DNA of 64,000 nt, taken from Nitrosopumilus sp. (GTDB taxonomy: Archaea; Thermoproteota; Nitrososphaeria; Nitrososphaerales; Nitrosopumilaceae). Positions 59,707-64,000 of the stretch are shown here, piece after piece; the first letter of the stretch is position 1, and the number at the start of each line of letters is the position of its first letter. Both the position numbers and the translations under genes were made by a program. The DNA lies in contig OZ242220.1 in NCBI GenBank assembly GCA_965206745.1, positions 1 through 64,000 of the forward strand. Reading direction: 5' to 3'. Below the pieces are notes generated by a model, which saw only the letters and a program-made list of their open reading frames with translations, was not told the origin of the DNA and did no database searches.

Positions 59707-60744
59707 ATGAATCCAAAAATCGTACCAATTCACAGGAAAAAGTCTTTTGGAGAAGATGGAATGCTTTTTGTAAGGACAGATGGTATCATTGATACAATGA
59801 CCAAAGTACCTCTTTTAGTAGCAAGTGTACTCATTGTAGCAGCTATAATGCCAGCCCAGTCCTCATTCAGTTCTCCAAAAGTCCTAGATCTAATCATATA
59901 TCCGGACGGAACAACACATGTTTCAGCAGAGATTGATATGGATCCGCTAGCTACTGACTATGAACTTGAACTGTTTGGAAGCACAATTGATAATTTTGTC
60001 GCCGTAGGCGAAAATGAGTTTTTGCTCTCATCTGACGTCATTGGCGACTCTGCGCTGATTGAAACCTTTGGCTCATCTGTCATATCTGTAGAATATGACA
60101 TTCATGATTTAGTGTCCAAGCAGGGCAGAGTTTGGACGTTTTCTTTGGATACGCCTTCTGATTTTACACTACTTTTACCAAAAAATTCAGCAATAGTCGG
60201 CATGACAAATATCCCAATTAATATGGAAATAGCAAATGATCAAAACAGATTAACACTGTCTGGCGGCAATACTGAGATCGACTATCTTTTCAGTACGACA
60301 TCAGATCCGGTAATTCCGGCCAAGCCAGCCAATCAGCCGACTAGTACCATTGATCTAAATTACATGATCTATGCCATAGTTGCCGGAACCACAATAGCTG
60401 CCGTGGTTGGAATTGTGGCCATTGCCAAAACAAGGCAAAAAAACCAAAGATCTGCCAAAGAAAGCAAAGTTGTTCAAACCACTCCAGATGCCGAGACAGT
60501 CGACCCTGCTGCAATCTTCAAACTAAGACCTGATATTCGTGAAGATGATAAAGAGATAGTGAAGTTTATCTCTGAGAACGGGGGAAAAGTACTTGAGAGT
60601 GATTTGAGAAAAAAGTTTCTACAGCCACGAACTACCATGTGGCGTGCAGTCAAGAGATTAGAGCGTTATGGCATAATTGAAATTCAAAAGAAAGATATGC
60701 AGAATTTGGTAAAACTACGCAAGGACGTGGAGGAAGAGGAATGA
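59707..60744 (+). CDS. Membrane-spanning regulator: extracellular domain, TM, cytoplasmic HTH
   Basis: Signal/TM, beta domain, TM, then DDKEIVKFISENGG..ESDLRKKFLQPRTTMWRAVKRLE..G. Confidence 0.8.
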   Translation: MNPKIVPIHRKKSFGEDGMLFVRTDGIIDTMTKVPLLVASVLIVAAIMPAQSSFSSPKVLDLIIYPDGTTHVSAEIDMDPLATDYELELFGSTIDNFVAVGENEFLLSSDVIGDSALIETFGSSVISVEYDIHDLVSKQGRVWTFSLDTPSDFTLLLPKNSAIVGMTNIPINMEIANDQNRLTLSGGNTEIDYLFSTTSDPVIPAKPANQPTSTIDLNYMIYAIVAGTTIAAVVGIVAIAKTRQKNQRSAKESKVVQTTPDAETVDPAAIFKLRPDIREDDKEIVKFISENGGKVLESDLRKKFLQPRTTMWRAVKRLERYGIIEIQKKDMQNLVKLRKDVEEEE

Positions 60745-61562
60745 ACACATTAGCATTACTTGCAATATTTGTACTGGTTTCTGCAACCGCATCAACCTCA
60801 CTGGTTGACAGCGCATATGCTCAAAATGATCCATCCATTTTGCTACGCATTACCACGCAGGCAGACGAGCAAATTGTCAACCAATTAGAGAGGATTTATG
60901 GCGATTCCATCCCATCTGATATCCAAACCCTGTATCAGAACGGCCACATTGCAGTACAGTCATTGGAGGATTCACTGCCTGATGATGTGGATGGGGCACA
61001 GGAGAACTTCCTCATCGCAATGAAGACCTTTAAACAAATTACAAGAACGCTCTTATCCACACCGGAAGTAAGCGACACTCCTGCAGATGAGGATGACCGG
61101 GATCTTGAAAGCGAACTAGACAGGCTGGAAAAGTATTTTCAGAACATAAAGACAATATCTGAAAGGCATGACACGGGAATTGACCTGTCTTACATCGAGG
61201 GACTGTTTGTCCAAGCCCATGATCAGATAAACTTTGGTGAATTCGAGGTGGCCATTGAAACGATCGAGCAGCTAGAGTTGCTCATTGAGGCGATCAGGCA
61301 CGACATTAGCGAACATGAATCCCACTCAACATCTGATAGAAACAAGAATTTTGCCTTAAAACAGCTAGACAAAATCAAATATACGTTAGATGAGATTGAA
61401 TCCGTCGATCCTGGCATGCTCGAACTCGAGGAGGCAAATCATCTGGTTCAAGAAATTGAAATCCTGATCTCAGAGGACAATATTTCTGATGTAAAGAAGA
61501 GATTTACAGAATTGACCGAACTGGTAAAAATTATCGAGAGATCATCTAGTCATACATCATAA
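60741..61562 (+). CDS. Exported acidic helical protein
   Basis: Signal peptide ending AYA; helical repeats. Confidence 0.7.
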   Translation: MNTLALLAIFVLVSATASTSLVDSAYAQNDPSILLRITTQADEQIVNQLERIYGDSIPSDIQTLYQNGHIAVQSLEDSLPDDVDGAQENFLIAMKTFKQITRTLLSTPEVSDTPADEDDRDLESELDRLEKYFQNIKTISERHDTGIDLSYIEGLFVQAHDQINFGEFEVAIETIEQLELLIEAIRHDISEHESHSTSDRNKNFALKQLDKIKYTLDEIESVDPGMLELEEANHLVQEIEILISEDNISDVKKRFTELTELVKIIERSSSHTS

Positions 61563-61594
61563 GCTTCATATACATTTTCCAGAGAATTTGGACA

Positions 61595-61789
61595 ATGGCA
61601 TCCAAAGCAATTACTGTCGGCGTCGGAATACCAATGATCGTTGTAGGCGCCCTGATGGCATGGCTGTGGGCTCCAGCTGAGGGGGATTTTCAAAACCAAG
61701 TGGAGCTGATAGGAAGCACAATTGGGATCCTAGGAGTGATATTCTTTATCTCGGGATTGTTTTATACAAAGGAACCCGTAATGCATTAG
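61595..61789 (+). CDS. Small 2-TM protein
   Basis: Two hydrophobic segments. Confidence 0.65.
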   Translation: MASKAITVGVGIPMIVVGALMAWLWAPAEGDFQNQVELIGSTIGILGVIFFISGLFYTKEPVMH

Positions 61790-61830
61790 AAACTCACTGA
61801 ATAAATAATGAAAAAAATTACAATTATTAC

Positions 61831-62544
61831 TTGAAAGTTAGATTATTTGAAGTATTTACTTCAGTTGAAGGTGAGGGAATTCTTTACGGGACCAAGACCC
61901 TCTTTGTGAGACTGGCAGGATGTCCCTTTACATGCTTTTACTGTGATACAAAAGAGTCACTGCCTCTTGATTCTGGGACTGAATATTCCATTGAGGATGC
62001 AAACTGCCTGATTGACTCTAGCTTGAAGAACCAAACTTACAAGGTAAATTTTACAGGCGGTGATCCCCTAATCCAGCATGAGGCAGTCGCACTACTTGCA
62101 AAACACATCCAGGACAAGAAGATCCCGACATACTTGGAATCCTCATGTTTTGATATTGATAGGTTTGATCATGTATTGCCGTTCATTGACATTGTCAAGA
62201 TTGAATTTAAAACAATAGATTCTGATTTTGTCGATACAAAGCACTATGAGAAGCTAATCGGCCACACAATGAAATGCCTCCAGTCCTCTGTCAAGTCAGG
62301 AAAGACAACTTACATCAAAGTCGTGGTCAGTTCAAAAACTGGACCGGATGAATTTGCAAAGCTGGTCCGTGAAATTTTTGATGTCATATCCAGAGACGAT
62401 ATTGACGGTTTCATCATTCAACCCACCTATGGAATTTCAGAGCCTTCGCTAGAACTCTTACTGGAACTATACGACCTGGTCTATCCCCACTACATTGATG
62501 TGAAGGTGGTTCCACAACTGCACAAATTTATCGGTGCCCCATAG
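61831..62544 (+). CDS. queE: 7-carboxy-7-deazaguanine synthase
   Basis: FTSVEGEG, FVRLAGCPFTCFYCDT, TGGDP, PQLHK. Confidence 0.92.
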   Translation: MKVRLFEVFTSVEGEGILYGTKTLFVRLAGCPFTCFYCDTKESLPLDSGTEYSIEDANCLIDSSLKNQTYKVNFTGGDPLIQHEAVALLAKHIQDKKIPTYLESSCFDIDRFDHVLPFIDIVKIEFKTIDSDFVDTKHYEKLIGHTMKCLQSSVKSGKTTYIKVVVSSKTGPDEFAKLVREIFDVISRDDIDGFIIQPTYGISEPSLELLLELYDLVYPHYIDVKVVPQLHKFIGAP

Positions 62545-62607
62545 TATTACTACCTGCCTGAAAATCAGACTAGGTTCAAATACTGGAAAAATTCCCTGTG
62601 AATATCA

Positions 62608-63165
62608 ATGGATCAAGAACGTGTAGAAAAGCTAGTCAGGGAACTAATCATCGAGGTCGGAGAGGATCCCACACGCGAGGGACTGCGCAAGACCCCTGAA
62701 AGGATTGCAAATATGTACAAAGAGATCTTTGGCGGATATGATTCAGATTCAGAACTGTCTGTTCAATTCTCAGAGGATTCTGATGTGGTAATTGCACGGG
62801 ACATTCAATTTTATTCAATGTGCGAGCATCACATGCTGCCATTTTACGGAAAAATTCACATTGCATATTCTCCAAACGGCAGGGTCTTTGGAATTTCAAA
62901 GCTTGTCAGATTGGTGGAAAAGTACTCAAAGAGACTCCAAATTCAGGAGCGGCTCACCAAGAACATCGCCGATGAACTGCACTCACAGGGAGTAAAGGGC
63001 GTCGTCGTTTTAGCTGATGCAGAGCACCTGTGCATGAAGATGCGCGGTGTCAAAAATGATGCAACGCTCTCCTCATCTGCATTTAGGGGAATCTATGAAA
63101 ACAAGGAGGAAAAAATAGGCGTGATGGCACTTCTTAGAAACGGCGCCTCAGACTTGTCCTTTTAG
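62608..63165 (+). CDS. folE: GTP cyclohydrolase I
   Basis: GEDPTREGL, SMCEHH, GISKLVR, RLQIQER, HLCMKMRG. Confidence 0.95.
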   Translation: MDQERVEKLVRELIIEVGEDPTREGLRKTPERIANMYKEIFGGYDSDSELSVQFSEDSDVVIARDIQFYSMCEHHMLPFYGKIHIAYSPNGRVFGISKLVRLVEKYSKRLQIQERLTKNIADELHSQGVKGVVVLADAEHLCMKMRGVKNDATLSSSAFRGIYENKEEKIGVMALLRNGASDLSF

Positions 63166-63196
63166 GCAATACTGAAAAATTAAATAATCAATATTT

Positions 63197-63466
63197 TTGA
63201 TCACAGACATGGGGGCAAATCCGTACGTTCACATTCCAAAAGAATCATGGCCAAACTGGACATGGTATGCAATTGAATGTATCATTGTAATTGCCGTCTC
63301 AATGCTGGCTTCAAGCAAAATTACAGACTCCATTGAAGGACTCGCCCCTGACGTACAAAACTATGTATTCATGGGAATCTTTGGCGTATTCTTTCTGCTC
63401 TGGTATGTCGGAATCAGAGGCCTGATTCTAAAAAAGAAGATTCTTAGGAACAGTTACCAGAATTAA
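63197..63466 (+). CDS. Small membrane protein
   Basis: Two TM segments. Confidence 0.65.
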   Translation: MITDMGANPYVHIPKESWPNWTWYAIECIIVIAVSMLASSKITDSIEGLAPDVQNYVFMGIFGVFFLLWYVGIRGLILKKKILRNSYQN

Positions 63467-63999
63467 TCAAGATATCTTGTCTTATCTGCAATGCCAGCTT
63501 TTTCAAACGCAGTCTTCCTGTTGTTGCACGACTCGCAGACTCCGCAGTGATATTTCTTGTTTGAATAACAACTCCATGTTTTAAAGATGGAATTCCCCAG
63601 ATCCTTGATTCCTGATTTTAACAGATCACTTTTTGACAAGCCGACTACATATGGTGACCAGATCTCGATATTTTTTCGCAGTTTTGACTTGATGCCGTCA
63701 ATCTCACCCTGATTAAACGCATTTTCTAGCTTTTTTGCAAAATTCGGTCTGCAGTCAGGATAATGCCTGTCTCCGGTATGGGCCCCATATGCAACTAGGG
63801 ATGCATTCAGTGTAAAAGCCCACGCCGAGGCAATTGACAGAAACACTGCATTTCTAATTGGTACGACGATCGAGTACTCAAACTTGCCAGGAATCTCTCT
63901 TTTGGAGCTTGTTAAAACATTAGAGTCTCCGTACAGGCCTTTCATAAATCCGATGTCTACTATTTTGTGTTGCTTCAAGCCCAATCTCTTTGCAAAGGA
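63463..63999 (-). CDS. queC: 7-cyano-7-deazaguanine synthase (5' truncated by window edge)
   Basis: VVPIRNAVFL, YPDCRP, TWSCY, HCGVCESC. Confidence 0.92.
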   Translation of the reverse strand, partial: SFAKRLGLKQHKIVDIGFMKGLYGDSNVLTSSKREIPGKFEYSIVVPIRNAVFLSIASAWAFTLNASLVAYGAHTGDRHYPDCRPNFAKKLENAFNQGEIDGIKSKLRKNIEIWSPYVVGLSKSDLLKSGIKDLGNSIFKTWSCYSNKKYHCGVCESCNNRKTAFEKAGIADKTRYLD

Positions 64000-64000
64000 T

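Noticed and set aside
887-62995. Many antisense or alternative-frame ORFs in the track
   Set aside because: Shadows of well-supported genes on the other strand or frame.

Overview
Core chromosomal segment of an ammonia-oxidising archaeon (Nitrososphaeria/Thaumarchaeota, most like Nitrosopumilaceae), judged from gene content and protein style. It holds the likely replication origin (ORB repeats upstream of cdc6, flanked by PolD DP1/DP2 genes), RNA-processing genes (trm11, rnz, cca, thpR, tRNA-Pro), glnA, glyA, thermosome, Hsp20-CDC48, an ESCRT-III/CdvB paralog and preQ0/archaeosine genes. Three small AT-rich islets lack any mobility gene. Islet 1 (2636-4009) splits a small membrane gene that rejoins in frame across a 9-bp duplication. 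It also carries a 36-bp near-perfect copy of part of the Na+/H+ antiporter gene 47.6 kb away, set in a hairpin behind an orphan HicB-like gene. Islet 3 has a structured-RNA candidate and 17-bp palindromic tandem repeats, and sits beside a dead IS5-type transposase. Next to oriC, a dense GTGAT/ATCAC motif array surrounds a gene for a membrane-anchored winged-helix protein, a candidate origin-tethering or segregation module. All calls come from reading the sequence by eye; no searches were run.
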